Positions 38,400 to 53,470 of a stretch of 64,000 nucleotides of DNA are shown here, in pieces; positions within the stretch are counted from its first letter, which is position 1; every line of letters starts with the position of its first letter. The DNA is from the human T2T-CHM13v2.0 reference genome, Homo sapiens. Made by a program: the position numbers and the translations under genes. The notes beneath the pieces are model-generated. The model did no database searches. It was not told the origin of the DNA and worked only from the letters and a program-made list of their open reading frames with translations. The DNA is taken from NCBI RefSeq assembly GCF_009914755.1, contig NC_060928.1; one strand, written 5' to 3'.

Positions 38400-41300
38400 A
38401 TTAATGTAGATAGAGACAGAAAAGAATGAATAAAATTCTCTCATTTAACCCTAGCCCTATTTCCTAGCCTAACCCTAATAGAACAGAAACCAGGAATCAG
38501 AAATGCCAGATACCTCTGACATTGGAGATATAGTGAAACAAAGAATAAAGGTGTGTGTGAGAAGCAGTTCGACTCCTAGGACACCTCATAAACCCCAAAT
38601 GAGATAACTACTCTCCTCATTTCCACTTACACTCAGGGCCTCAAAAGATGAAGTTTATCACTTGAACCGTGGAATCCAAAGCCTCTGAACTCAGTGATAC
38701 CAGGTACAGCTGAGGGAAGAGGGCAGAACTAAAAATGCTCAAAAGGAGAGCCCAGCTCCCTTTTTCACTCAACTCCCAGAAGGTCATCATCTAGGTTTAT
38801 AAGCCCAGGGAGTAGCCTTGAGGATTCTGGACTATTGACCCCATGTGAAAAGACATGTAGTTACTGGACTACTAGTGATTCTGCAAGGAACTAGTTGACT
38901 CTCTGCTTGGTACCCAGTAGTGAAGCCCATCATTCAGAAAGTCCTCACCCCACGTGTTGGCCATTCAATGAACTTTTAAGTGCCTCACCTCTCAATATAA
39001 ATGGACAGCAAAAAAATTGTCAGTTTTTTGAAGAATACTTCCAACATAATAGACAGATGAAAATAATTATTTAGAAGTATCAAAAAACAGAGAAAATGCA
39101 GTAAGAATGAAAGTTTTTAAAATGTCTCAAAGAGGTAAAACATAGTACATTCATGAGACAAGAACAAATACCATTTGGACAACAAGGAAAAAAAGAGCTC
39201 TTTGAAATTAAAAATATGACAGCAAAAATTTTAAATCCAATGTAGCGTTTGAAAGATAAATCTGAAGAAATCTCCTAGAACCAAAGTCCAAAGAGCTAAA
39301 AATAGGAAATTTTTTAAAATAAAGGATCTGTTTGGGAGGACCAACAGCTAAATATTAGGAGTTCCAGAAAGAAAGATTAAACATAGGGAAAGAAATAATA
39401 ATGAAACAGTACAAGAATTTCCCATGATTAAAGGATATGGGTCTAGAGATTAAAAGACCCCATTGGTGTCTAGCACACTCTAAGCACAAGAAATGAAAAC
39501 AAACTCTCACCAGGGCATAGTATTATAAAATACGAGAACAGTGAAGGTAAATAAAAGACTTAGGGTCCATACAGGAGAAAAATATACAATTTTACATACT
39601 CATGCATCAGAGTGGCACGGAACTTTTTTGCAGGAACACCAGATTCTACAAGACAATGGAGAAATATCTTCAAATGTGAAGAGAGGGGTAGTGATTTTAA
39701 ACTTAGAAGTCTATACCAGGGAAAACCATCAACCAAATGTGAAGGTCGAAAGAAGAATTTTGCAAACTGGCAATATCTTTAAAAATTATCTGCCATGAAT
39801 TCTTTATTTTTTAAACCTTTATTTTAGGTTCGAGCTACATGTGAGAGTTTGTTATATACATAATCTCATGTCATGAGAGTTTGTTGTACAGATTATTTCA
39901 TCACCCAGGTATTAAGCCTAGTACCCAACAGTTATTTTTTTCTGCTCCTCTCACTCCTCGCGCCCCCCACTCTCAAGTAGACCCAGTGTCTGTTGCTCCT
40001 GTCCTCGTGTTCATGCCATGAATTCTTATTCAGAAAGAAGATGAAGGGTATGTTCTACCAAACAAAGCCATTAACCTAAAAAGAGAAAGCAAGGAATGAA
40101 AAACTAACTTGAACTCCAACCCAGGAGAGATGCAAAGGTAAGGTAATTCTCATGATGATGGTAAAGGATGTCCCCAGTCAACAGCTGCTCTCAAAGATGT
40201 AAGGCTTCAAAAAAAACAAAAACCTGTCTTTCTATGTGTGATTATTCCACACACCTCCACCCGTGATATATTGCCTTAATTTCTCTGAATATACTGAAAA
40301 AATGATTGCACTGTGTGAGTTTTAGAATGAATTAAGGATAGGTACACGGAAAAAATAGGCAAATAAAGTGAAGAATGTGTTAACTCTAGAGTAAATAATA
40401 TATAAACTATATGCATATACATACAAACAAAAAAAGTTGATCCTAGTACCTTACCTTGCTCAATGGTGAATATTTACATACTGTAATGTAAATACTTTTT
40501 AAAACACAAATGTGATACAACTATATTGGGAGAGGTAGAGATAAGTACCCATCTTCCAAAGTAAACATTAAATAGATACTATCAAAAACAGAAAAAAAAT
40601 AGCAGCATATTAACGTATACAACTGAAAAACCAAGAAATAGCAATATGTTCATGTTATTTGGAAATATGGAGGTAAATACAAAAAGAAACACTAAAAGAT
40701 TTGAAATGGGTTGCCTCTGGGTACTGGTAATTTGGAAAGGATCCTAATATTGTAGAACTATTTGACTTTAAAAATATTTTCTCATGATGCTATAAAATCA
40801 AATTAAATTTAAAAGGAAAACATAAAAATGTATTAATGTGATGTACTACATTAAAAATATAAATAAAAACAATAGGTACAGGAAAAGCATTCAACATAAC
40901 AAAATGACAAAATGCTCACTTGTTAATTCCTGACAAAATGCTTATCAAACAAGTAGTAAATATAATTTATTTAACTAAAAATAACTGCAAATGTATTTAA
41001 TATAATGTATCCTTAGAAGCATTCAAATTAAGTGAAGAAATAAAATAAAGTTGTCTTCTTTTTGACTTCCATTTGAGGCCGTAGACAATGCAATAAGGAA
41101 AGAAATAAGAGGTATAAAATTAGAAATGAATAAATTATTATTTCTCCCAGTAAAATTTTCTCATAGAAACCCAAAGATAATTTATAGAACGATTTAGAAC
41201 TTTTTTAGAAGTTCAGCAAGATTTCTAGATACAAGATCTATATACCAAACTCAATAAGAAATTCTGGCATAAGTGTAAAAATAAAGATCTCTTTTAAAAT

Positions 41301-41520
41301 GTTTATCACATCATGTTTGTAATAAGAAAATGTTAGAAACCACTTAAATGTTCACGAGCAGAAAATTATTAAATTCTGTAATATTATAAACAAAATAAAA
41401 ATGAACTAGAACTAGATATGTTAAAATGAATAAATCTCAAAATGTAACAAAAAAGTCAAATATTAAAAATAGAACGTTGATATATTTAAATTTGAAAAAT
41501 ACACTACTAATATCTATATG
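38400..41520 (+). mobile_element. Highly degraded old L1 (L1M-type) fragments
   Basis: A-rich sense strand with L1 ORF1/ORF2-like motifs ('taggagttccagaaag', 'gaaaagcattcaacataa', 'gttcagcaag..gatacaagatc'); boundaries approximate. Confidence 0.5.
39805..40013 (-). mobile_element. Short L1PA 3'-end insertion
   Basis: L1 3' UTR reverse ('gtacagattatttcatcacccaggtattaagcctagtaccca'); 14-bp TSD TGCCATGAATTCTT at 39791-39804 and 40014-40027. Confidence 0.9.
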
Positions 41521-42425
41521 TTAGAATAGTTACAATGTTAGTGTTAGGTTTAATTGCTAGACATAAAGACTGAAGAAATAACAACAAACATGACAGCCTG
41601 TTTTTCTCTCATGTAAAAGATATGCAGAGGGATAGACCATACAAGGTTTATATATGGCCAACCCACAAGATAATCAGTCCCAGCATTCTTCCATCTGTCT
41701 CTCTGCCCTTCTCAGACAATGTCTTTCATCTCAGGATCCTAGATGCTTGCTATAACTCTAACCATTATATCAAAGTTCCAGTGGCAGGATGGAGAAAGAG
41801 GCAAAGGAGATGTTTTTCTTTATTTGTAAGGAGATTTCCTTCTAGTTACACACAACACAACTATCTAATATTAATGGCCAAATCTTAGTACTACAGTATT
41901 GCGAGGGCAACTGGGAAACATATTCTTCCCTTTAAAAATCAAGGTTTACCTGTTCCAAAGAAGAGAAGAATAGATTATCGTAAGCGATTAGGTAATGATA
42001 AACACCCAATTCACAATAATATTCTAATGGGATTCAGCAATTATCTCTGATGAATGACAACATAAAACGGGATGGAAAAGAAACACAGAGGGGTTCAACT
42101 GTACTTCTGATTATTTACTTCTTAATAAATATTATTTGAAGCAAATATTTCAAAAATATTAAGATGACAGTGAGGTGGTAATTTCGTGAATATTTGTCAT
42201 ATTTATTTTTGCTTTCTCTGTATTTTTAACATACCATGTAATTAAAAAATTAACAATGTTCAAATGGTCAATTTTGCACCATTGTTCCTTTATTTTTAAA
42301 AAGTAATCTAAGCTTCTATACACATATATACAAAAAACGTAGAATACATAAGCTATACTTAGAAGACACAAGCTTCATTACAAACTCTCTTATATGAGGC
42401 TTCAGTTATTTTGACTTTAAAATAA

Positions 42426-44641
<2,216 letters not shown>

Positions 44642-44885
44642 AAATCCTTGTTGTTGTTATTAATCAGCATTAGGTGAACTCCTACTATTAATACATGGAG
44701 ATAACTGATCACAAGGCTTTCTTCCAAACAATGCATCACAGAATATACCCTGGGTGTCAACTGCCTAAATTTCTGGTTCCCCATTCAAAGGCTGATGCAT
44801 TCCCCTATTAATTGAAATTGTAGTTATAGGAAGAAAAGTGGAAATAAGACTCTTCTGATAAGCGTGGAAGACTATGAATACATAA

Positions 44886-45059
44886 TTTCACTCCTCTTTT
44901 GACAAAGATCTCTTTAAGTTCAGCCTATGGATCTCTGCTTAGTTGACGCTTCGACCAAGAACTTAACCATGAATACCTTTTTTCACTCCTCTTTTGACAA
45001 AGATCTGTTTGAGTTCACCCTACAGATCTCTGCTTAGTTGACGCTTCGACCAAGAACTT
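44886..45059. repeat. 79-bp direct duplication with a 16-bp spacer
   Basis: 44886-44964 versus 44981-45059, five mismatches. Confidence 0.93.
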
Positions 45060-46038
45060 TATGGTACCCCACCACCACACAAAGATTAAATTAGGTGCTG
45101 CGTCTTTTAAACTGCTATGGTGGTCCATAATTGCTTGTATCTTGCACTTCCCTATGCCACCCATTCCATATCCTTCCCTGTACTCTGAATGCCTGATTAC
45201 TTGTTCATCTGCACCATAAGACCCCAGACTTCCTTGAAAGAAGGTGCACTGTTTGGATCACTGTGGTATTCCCAGCACACAGTCCAGGGCATGGCACATA
45301 GGTGTTCAATAAATATTTTTTAAATAAATGAGTAACTGAATGTCAGTCTTCTCTCTTTGGTATTGTCCTAAACACTGTTGTTGCTGCTTAGTCAGGATAA
45401 AGACCCTTGTGGTCCAAAGGCTTCCTTTACTACATCTAATTTATACGACTATAAAACACTGTGGAAAGCCCAACTGCCAGAAACTCACCCCTGCATGTTC
45501 ATTTTACAGTAAGTGCTTTTGGAATTTCCCTCAACAAAAATATCAGAATTTAGAGGTCTCAATTGCTGGGAAAACAATTCCCACTACCAACGGAAGAGTC
45601 ACCAGACACAGCAACTCACATCATCCTACTGAAGGATTGAGTGTGGATAATGGATTACCGGAATTCCTACGTCATGAAGAGAAATGGCAAAGAACAAAAT
45701 CTCTGTTCGATGTTCAGGCGCCTCATTCATTTCCTGTTTTTCCAGTAAGTTCACATTAGACACAACCCTTAACCTTTTCAGATCTCATCTCTTGTGGAGA
45801 CACTGCGTCTTCCCAAAGCATTACAAAATCAGAGCCTGAAGCCTCTCAGACTACACGATTCCTTAACCTTTTCTGGCTCCTACTTCTCAAAATCACACTA
45901 TTAAAAATTTGGGGTTCCACCCACCTTTTACAAAGAAGGCAATATATTTAAGGAAACCATTGTTATATTTATTAGGTATATTAAGCTTAAGGACTTAAAA
46001 ATCACAAGACATATTGTTGATAATATTGTTGTTACTGT

Positions 46039-46470
46039 TCGTAGTGGATTAAATAGTGTTCCTTCAAAATTCATGTCCACACAGAACCTCAGAATGCGAT
46101 ATTTTTAAATACTGTCTTTGAAGATGTAATTAATTCAGGATCTCAAGGTGAAATTATCCTGGATTTAGGGTAGATCCTATGTCCAAAAACTGGTGTCTTT
46201 ATAAGAAGAGAGGACACAGAGAAACACTCAGGGAAAAGACCATGTGAAAATACAGAGACAGAGATTGGAGTTATGTTGCCACAAGCGAAATAACCCCAGC
46301 ACCCACTAGAAGCTGGAAGGGTCAAGGAAATTCCTTACCTACAGCCTTCAGAGGAAACATGGCTCTGCTAATACCTTGATTTCAACCTTCTAGCCTCCAG
46401 ACCTGTGAGAGAGTAAAACTGTTGTTTTACCCAGGTTGTAGTACTTCGTTATGGCAGCCCTAAGAAACTA
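46039..46470 (+). mobile_element. MLT1B/C MaLR solo LTR
   Basis: 'aaaattcatgtccac..agaacctcagaatg', 'attatcctggatttagggt', 'cagagattggagttatg..gccacaagc', 'ttatggcagccctaagaaacta'. Confidence 0.85.
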
Positions 46471-46548
46471 GTTTGGTTTGAAAACACCAAAACCAGTTGT
46501 TTGGTGCAAATAGTAAAAATATTATGTCTATGCAAAACACAATAATAA

Positions 46549-46883
<335 letters not shown>

Positions 46884-47729
46884 GGCAAAAGAAATTCTTA
46901 AGAAGCATTAGGAAAGCTTGGTTCTACCCACGTCCCACCATCTGTGGTAAGTATGAAACTAAAAAGTTTGTATTAGTTGGATAATCAGTGTTTATCTCAA
47001 ATGACCAGTAAAAGCAGCCAATTACACAAATAAAACTAGACTAAACATTTCAGAAATTTTTTAAAATAGAGAAAAGGGAATAATCACCCAGCAATTTATT
47101 ACGCTGTTGGTCAGCACTAGCATTTTGTTGATATTTCCTCCTGGGAGATATTTCTTCCATATCCAATGTTATGTTCAAACTTTAAATATATGTTCTACTT
47201 TTAACATTTAGCATTGTAGCAAACCATATTTCTATACTGTTATAAACTCTTTCATAGGCAAAAAAGTCAAACTTTACTGACATACAATTGATAAAATGCT
47301 AAATCACATTTTATTGATACCTACATAGATAAAATGTAATCTTTCATTGAGAGGTTCTTACATAATTTACTTCAAGTATTCCCTATTGATGGACATAGAC
47401 CATCTTCATTGTTTTTTCTACTACAAATAGTTATCCAGTAAATATCTTGTTTTAGAAATTTTAACAATATTTATGATTATTTTCTTAGGATGGGTTCTAA
47501 AAAAGTAAAAGGAGAAAAGACTCCTGGGTCAAGTAGTATAAAAATTTTAAAGGCAAAATACTTCCCAAAATACTTTCTAAAAAGAGTATACCGATTCATA
47601 ATTCAACCAGCAGTGTGTGAAAGTGAGAACAGAAAATGGTAGTCTACATACTGAAATATTTACTAACTTCATAAGCAATAAATGACACATTATTTTAATT
47701 TGTATTTTTTAGAGACTGGAATAAAGAAA

Positions 47730-48305
47730 AACACAAATGCCTATGTTATAACCTAGCAATTCCACTCCTAAATGCATTTATACATCCATCAGTTTACTCC
47801 CAGGCATATATCCAGGAGAAATGAGTGGCGTGTTCACCATAGCTCTTTCATTCATAATAGTCAAACACTGGAAACAAACCAAATGTCCATCATCAGCAGA
47901 ATGTACACATAAATTATGGTATATTCATAAAATGAAATATTACAGAAAGATTTTAAAAAGAACGAACTACTACCACATATCTCACAGGCATCACATTACA
48001 TGAAAGAAGCCAGAAGCAAAGGAAAAAATACTGTTTAATTTCATTTATATGGAGTTCAAGGTCAGGTAAATGTAGCTCATAGAAATTGAAATCAGAATAG
48101 TGATGGAGGAAAGTGAAGAGTGTTGGTATTGACTGGGAAAGGGCACGGAAGTGGCTGTGAGGTATTGGAAAATTTGAATATCTCAGTCTGGGTGGTGCAC
48201 AGATGAGCATATGCAGGTATAAAAACACACTGCATTTAAAATTAGTTCAATTTATTATGTGATGGTTATACCTTTATGGAAAAGTAAGAATTATAAAAAA
48301 AAAAT
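47730..48305 (+). mobile_element. Old L1M 3' end
   Basis: ORF2 C-terminal remnant (KHWKQTKCPSS...KLWYIH.M.YY) followed by an L1M-type 3' UTR. Confidence 0.7.
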
Positions 48306-49767
48306 AACAAAGTGTGGATTTTGAAGGACACTACAAGTAGATGAACCTACTTGTGAAGGTCCTTTAAGGTAAATGGTTCATTGCTCCATTTACCTTAAAG
48401 TGAGAATTGGCTTCTGGATGATATCATGCTTTGCTGTTCGGGGAGTTTGGTAACGAACTCACTGAACTATTTACACATATGTTTGAAGATTACAGAAAAC
48501 TGGACTTGCGCCCAAAAGACTTAGAAAGTAAAGAAAGTCATCTTAGCAATTACCATCTGGCAAATCTACCACTTCAATTATCATTTAAATAACTCTTTTA
48601 GAGACAAATTTTAAGCATAAAAAGAAAAAAAAGCATACTAAAATCTTCAGTAACTGGAGAATGGTACAAACACTGGGAATCAGAACCGCATTCTAAGCCA
48701 GGTTCTACAGTAAATGATTTCCGTTAACACCAGACTTCTCTGGATTTCTATCTTTATGTATTTATTTTTTTCAGTCCCTTTCGGTGCCTCCAAATCTTCC
48801 ACTTGTCTAAATGTTGGTGTGCTTCGGGGCACCATCTCCCTACATAATTGCATATAATTCCATGACTTAAGTACCATATATAAGCCAATGTCTCCCAAAT
48901 TTCTATCTCCACACCTGACCTCTCACCTAAACTTCATACTCATAAATGAGTCTTGCTTAACATCCTCATTAGATACTTAATAGGCATCTCCAGTTTAAGG
49001 CCTTGATTTTCCATACACACTTGAGTCTCCAAAAACTATTCCTCCTCCAATTTCTCCAACTGAGGACAAAGTTAACCATACTGCTCAAAGCCCCCTACCC
49101 AGAAATAGAAGAATCATAAAACTGGGAAAGCCCTTTCTCATTTTTGCTTTTAGGGCAAAGTCTCTCCAAACAAGAAGGAAAGCTTCATCAGTGCAAGGAA
49201 TTTGTTTTTGTTAATTGCTAACATCACCAGTGACTAGAACAATGCCTGGCATGTTTTAGGAACATGACAGGAACACGTAGGATCAATGAATGAATGATAT
49301 ATTGAACATCATAAATTCCTAATTGGAATAATTTCTAATTATATATAAAGAACCATCTTTAGCAGTACTTTCATTTACTCATTGGACTGTTGTGAAGTTC
49401 AAATAAATTACTTATAGAAAATGGTTTTTTTGGCAATAAAATGGTAGCTTGCTCTACTAATCTCTGCAGAACAATGGTTTTCCAACTCTGACATTGTCAT
49501 TTGTAGGTGAAAGTGGGAAGGTTTGTGTTTAAATCTGGACTCTGGATTTAATTGGGGGGACCTTAATTAATTGGACAACCTTGGGTTATGTGCTTAATCT
49601 CTCTGACTAGGTACTCACATCCATAAATTGAATATAAGTAAATCTGCCTCACAAGATTGTATTACAAATTACTTTAAATGATACAATATTTATCAGAGTG
49701 CCAAACAAGCAGAAGGTCCTCAAAAAATAACAACAAAAACAAAACAAAAAAAAAATGATGACAGCAA

Positions 49768-50327
49768 TTGCCATCCTGACTGGCATGAGATGGTATCTCA
49801 TTGTGGTTTTGATTTGCATTTCTCTAATGACCAGTGATGTTGGGCTTTTTTTTTTTCATATGTTTGTTGGCCGCATGAATGTCTTCTTTTGAGAACTGTC
49901 AGTTTATGTCCTTTGCCCAGTTTTCAATGGGGTTGTTTTTTCTTGTAAATTTGTTTAAGTTCCTTGTAGATTCTGGATGTGAAATCTTTGTCAGATGGAT
50001 AGATTGCAAAAATTTTCTCCTACTCTGTAGGTTGCCTGTTCACTCTGATGATAGTTTCTTTCACTGTGCAGAAGCTTTTTAGTTTAATTAGATCCCATTT
50101 GTCAATTTTTGCTTTTGTTGCAATTGCTTTCGGCAATTTCGTCATGAAGTCTTTGCCCGTACATATGTCCTGAATGGTATTGCCTAGAAAAATAGCTAAT
50201 GCATGCTAGGCTTAATACCTAGGTGACAGATTGATAGGTGCAGCAAACCACCATAGCACACGTTTACCTATGTAACAAACCTGCACATCCTGCACATGTA
50301 CCCCAGAACTTAAGATAAAAATTAAAG
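49768..50327 (+). mobile_element. L1PA insertion with 5' inversion (inverted ORF2 49768-50187, sense 3' UTR 50188-50327)
   Basis: Antisense ORF2 joined directly to sense 3' UTR and A-tail; degenerate 17-bp TSD AAAAATGATGACAGCAA (49751-49767) / AAAAATCATGACAACAA (50328-50344). Confidence 0.9.
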
Positions 50328-50570
50328 AAAAATCATGACAACAACAGAAAAACAGGCACCTATATTTGTGTAAATTAGACCATTATCATGATGTTTCCTT
50401 GAGGGGCCAAGTATATTTTTTAAATAATTTTATCAATTTTTGTAAAGTAGTACATATTTACTGTAGAAATGGTGAATCATACCTACAAATAGTTTTTAAA
50501 TGAAACTTACCTAGAATCCTGTCTCCCAGACAATCACTGCTGACATTTTAGCTATATATTCTTCAAATCT

Positions 50571-50608
50571 TTCTTTACTTCCTCCCTTCTTTCCCTCCCT
50601 CCCCCCTC

Positions 50609-50663
<55 letters not shown>

Positions 50664-50915
50664 CCTCTCTCTGTCTCTCTCTCGCTGGAGTGCAGTGGTG
50701 AGATCATAGCTCACTGCATGCAACCTCCATCCCTTGGGCTCAAGCGATTCTCCCACCTCAGGATCACAGGCGTGCACCACAGTGCTCTGCTAATTTCTGT
50801 ATTTTCTGTAGAGACAGGGTTTCGCCATGTTTCCCAGACTGGTCTCGAACTCCTGGGCTCAGATGATCCACCTGCCTCAGCCTGCCAAAGTGCCAGGACT
50901 ACAGGCATGACCTAC
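50571..50915 (-). mobile_element. Degenerate AluJ with its tail replaced by (CT)n
   Basis: CT-rich tract 50571-50682, then 'gctggagtgcagtggtgagatcatagctcactgca...gtagagacagggtttcgccatg'. Confidence 0.8.
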
Positions 50916-51615
50916 TTCTTCCAGCCCTTCAAGTCTTTTTAACATATGTATCTGCATGTATGGTGTTTTATCTGTCATTACATTAACAATGTCATCCAAA
51001 TTCTTAAAGAACATGATTTCTAAAAGCTGTATTTCCTTTTTCTGAGCTCTTATTGATGTTCTGTTGAATTGATTCACATATTTACAACTATTAACAATCA
51101 TAATATTATTAATAAATTTGGGGGGATTATTTCCATGGGTAAAATTCCTAAATGGAATTAATGAGTGAAATGAAAATCATTGACATTTTTGATACATTTT
51201 GCCAAATTTTCTTCCCCCCAAAATTTGCTAATTTACACTAAAATCAGCAGTGTATGACTGCCTATTTCCTTAACTCCTAATGAAAGATTGAATTATAGTG
51301 CAGAAAAAAACAGCACAAATACCATTGTGGTAAACAAACAAAAAGTCTTACTATATTTTATTTTTTGTAATATGTAATAATAAAGTTTAATATCAATGTT
51401 TTAACAATAATGACTTCATTATATGTGTTAAAATGTATACTGTTATATATTTTTTCAAATACAGATTAAAAATTCCACCACCCAGTCATAGTGTTCGTCA
51501 ACTCTTTCTTCATACAATTTCAGACATCTCTCTATGGATAAGAAGATGTCAGAACAGGTATGAAGTTAGGGAGGAAAAGGGGGAAGAAGGGTGAAAGAAG
51601 ACCTTATTAGAGATA

Positions 51616-52264
51616 CAGTGTATCCTCCTTGTTTGTGGATTCCATATTTGTGAATTTGCCTACATGCTAAAATTTGTTTGTAATCCCAAAATCAATACTA
51701 CTGGAGCTTTTGTGGCCATTCACAGATATGCACACAGTAGCAGAAATTTGAGTCACCTGACAAACACATTCCCAGCAAAGTCAAACCAGGTGATATTCTG
51801 CCATTTGGTTTCAGCACTCATACTGTAAATAAGTGTCCTTTGCACAGTCTATTTTGTGCCATGTAATTCCCATTATTGTGCTTCGTGTTGGTGATTTTAC
51901 TGGTTACGGTGGCTTCGAAGCATAATGCTGAAGTTCCACCTAGTTTTCCAAAGTGCAAGAAGCTATGATGTGAGAAAATACAAGTGTTAGATAAGCTCAA
52001 TTCAGTCATGAATTATAATGCCGTCAGTCACGGGTTCAATTTAAATGAATCAACAATATATATTAAATAAGGTGCCTTTAAACAGAAACACACATAAAAC
52101 ACACAATTTTGTAATGATCAGTTAATGAAGATGCTGTGATCAGAGGCTCAAAGGAACCTAACCTGAAACATAATTTCCCCCAGGAACAATGGTTGAGTAT
52201 TCTCTAATTCAGTTTTCCTAGCGACTTTATAGAACACACCAACCATAAATTCTTGAATCTACTG
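51616..52264. mobile_element. MER82-like Tigger DNA transposon
   Basis: TA|CAG...CTG|TA ends, ~650 bp, 'gtggattccatatttgtgaatttgcctac..ctaaaattt..taatcccaaaatcaatact'. Confidence 0.75.
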
Positions 52265-52867
52265 TACTTTAGAAAACTTAGAAATATAAATTTTAATGGA
52301 TTGTACTATAAATGCTACCATTAATAAAAGTATTAAATGGCATTTATTTGAATTTACAGTAAAGTATAAATCATGTAGAATTAAATTGCTAAAAACCATT
52401 CAATTTTCTTCCCAACAAGAAATATCAATTCTTAAATGACCCCTCTAGGTTGCTAAATTTAAAGACATGAATATGGTTGTGAATTTACTAAGAGGCTGGG
52501 GTCATTATGTTTTTAAACTATGCTTCAAATTTATATACCATTCATGGATTATTTGACATGAGAATATTAGAATACTTATACTTCCCAACAGACACATCTT
52601 CTCTCTACCCCATCCTGAATTTGTTAAATTATTACCATGACATTGTGAAAGCTTATGCCATTTGCATTTGAAGATGTGAACATAAATTCAATAGTTTTTC
52701 AGATTTGCTCTACTTTTAAGCTGATTTCCATACTCATCATCAGTGCTTTGACTGCAATTTCTCCATTCCTGAGTTACAACTTTGCAATTATTCTTACTAT
52801 AAATGATTATTGGAATAGAACTATATTGTTATCTATAGGATGGATGGACACACCTTTGCAACACATA

Positions 52868-52869
<2 letters not shown>

Positions 52870-52931
<62 letters not shown>
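52870..52931. repeat. (CA)~31 microsatellite
   Basis: Directly visible, uninterrupted. Confidence 0.97.
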
Positions 52932-52932
<1 letters not shown>

Positions 52933-52997
52933 AGAATCCACCCCCAACCCAGGGACCCACTTGCAAGGTACAAATTGGAAGAGACGAAACAACTGCC

Positions 52998-53267
52998 ATT
53001 AATGGAAAACCAAACATCATATGTTCTCACTAAGAAGAGGGAGCTAAACTATGAGGATGCAAAGGTATGACACAGTGAACTTTGGGGACTCACAGGGAAA
53101 GGGTGGGAAGAAGGTAAAGAATAAAGACTACAAATTGGGTTCAGTGTATACTGCACAGGTGATGGATGCACGAAAATCTCACAGATCACCACTAAAGAAA
53201 TTACTCATGTAACCAAATACCACCTGTTCCCCAAAGACATATGGAAATAAAAAATTAAAAAACAAAA
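52998..53267 (+). mobile_element. L1PB-like 3'-end insertion
   Basis: 'gagctaaactatgaggatgcaaagg..gactacaaattgggttcagtgtatactgc..caccactaaagaa'; 12-bp TSD GAAACAACTGCC at 52986-52997 and 53268-53279. Confidence 0.88.
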
Positions 53268-53282
53268 GAAACAACTGCCTTC

Positions 53283-53470
53283 CTGTGTGTCATTGATTCT
53301 AAGACACATTTTTTTTTCATATTTTATTCTCTTGGAAAATGAGGTGTGCTTTACAATTGATATCATGTCAGAATTTAATTGGCAGTAGTTTTTGTTTCTT
53401 AGTTAAAAAAATTAAAAAATCATATTGCATCTTACAATTGATGGCATCTTTGATTTAACAGGATACAGTG
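53283..53470. mobile_element. MER104-like Tc2 MITE
   Basis: 'gattctaagacacatttttt', repeated 'ttacaattgat', 'gcatcttacaattgatggcatct'. Confidence 0.55.

Noticed and set aside
45340-45759. 139-aa ORF in apparently unique sequence
   Set aside because: No recognisable homology or splice/promoter context; the length is within chance expectation for 64 kb in six frames.
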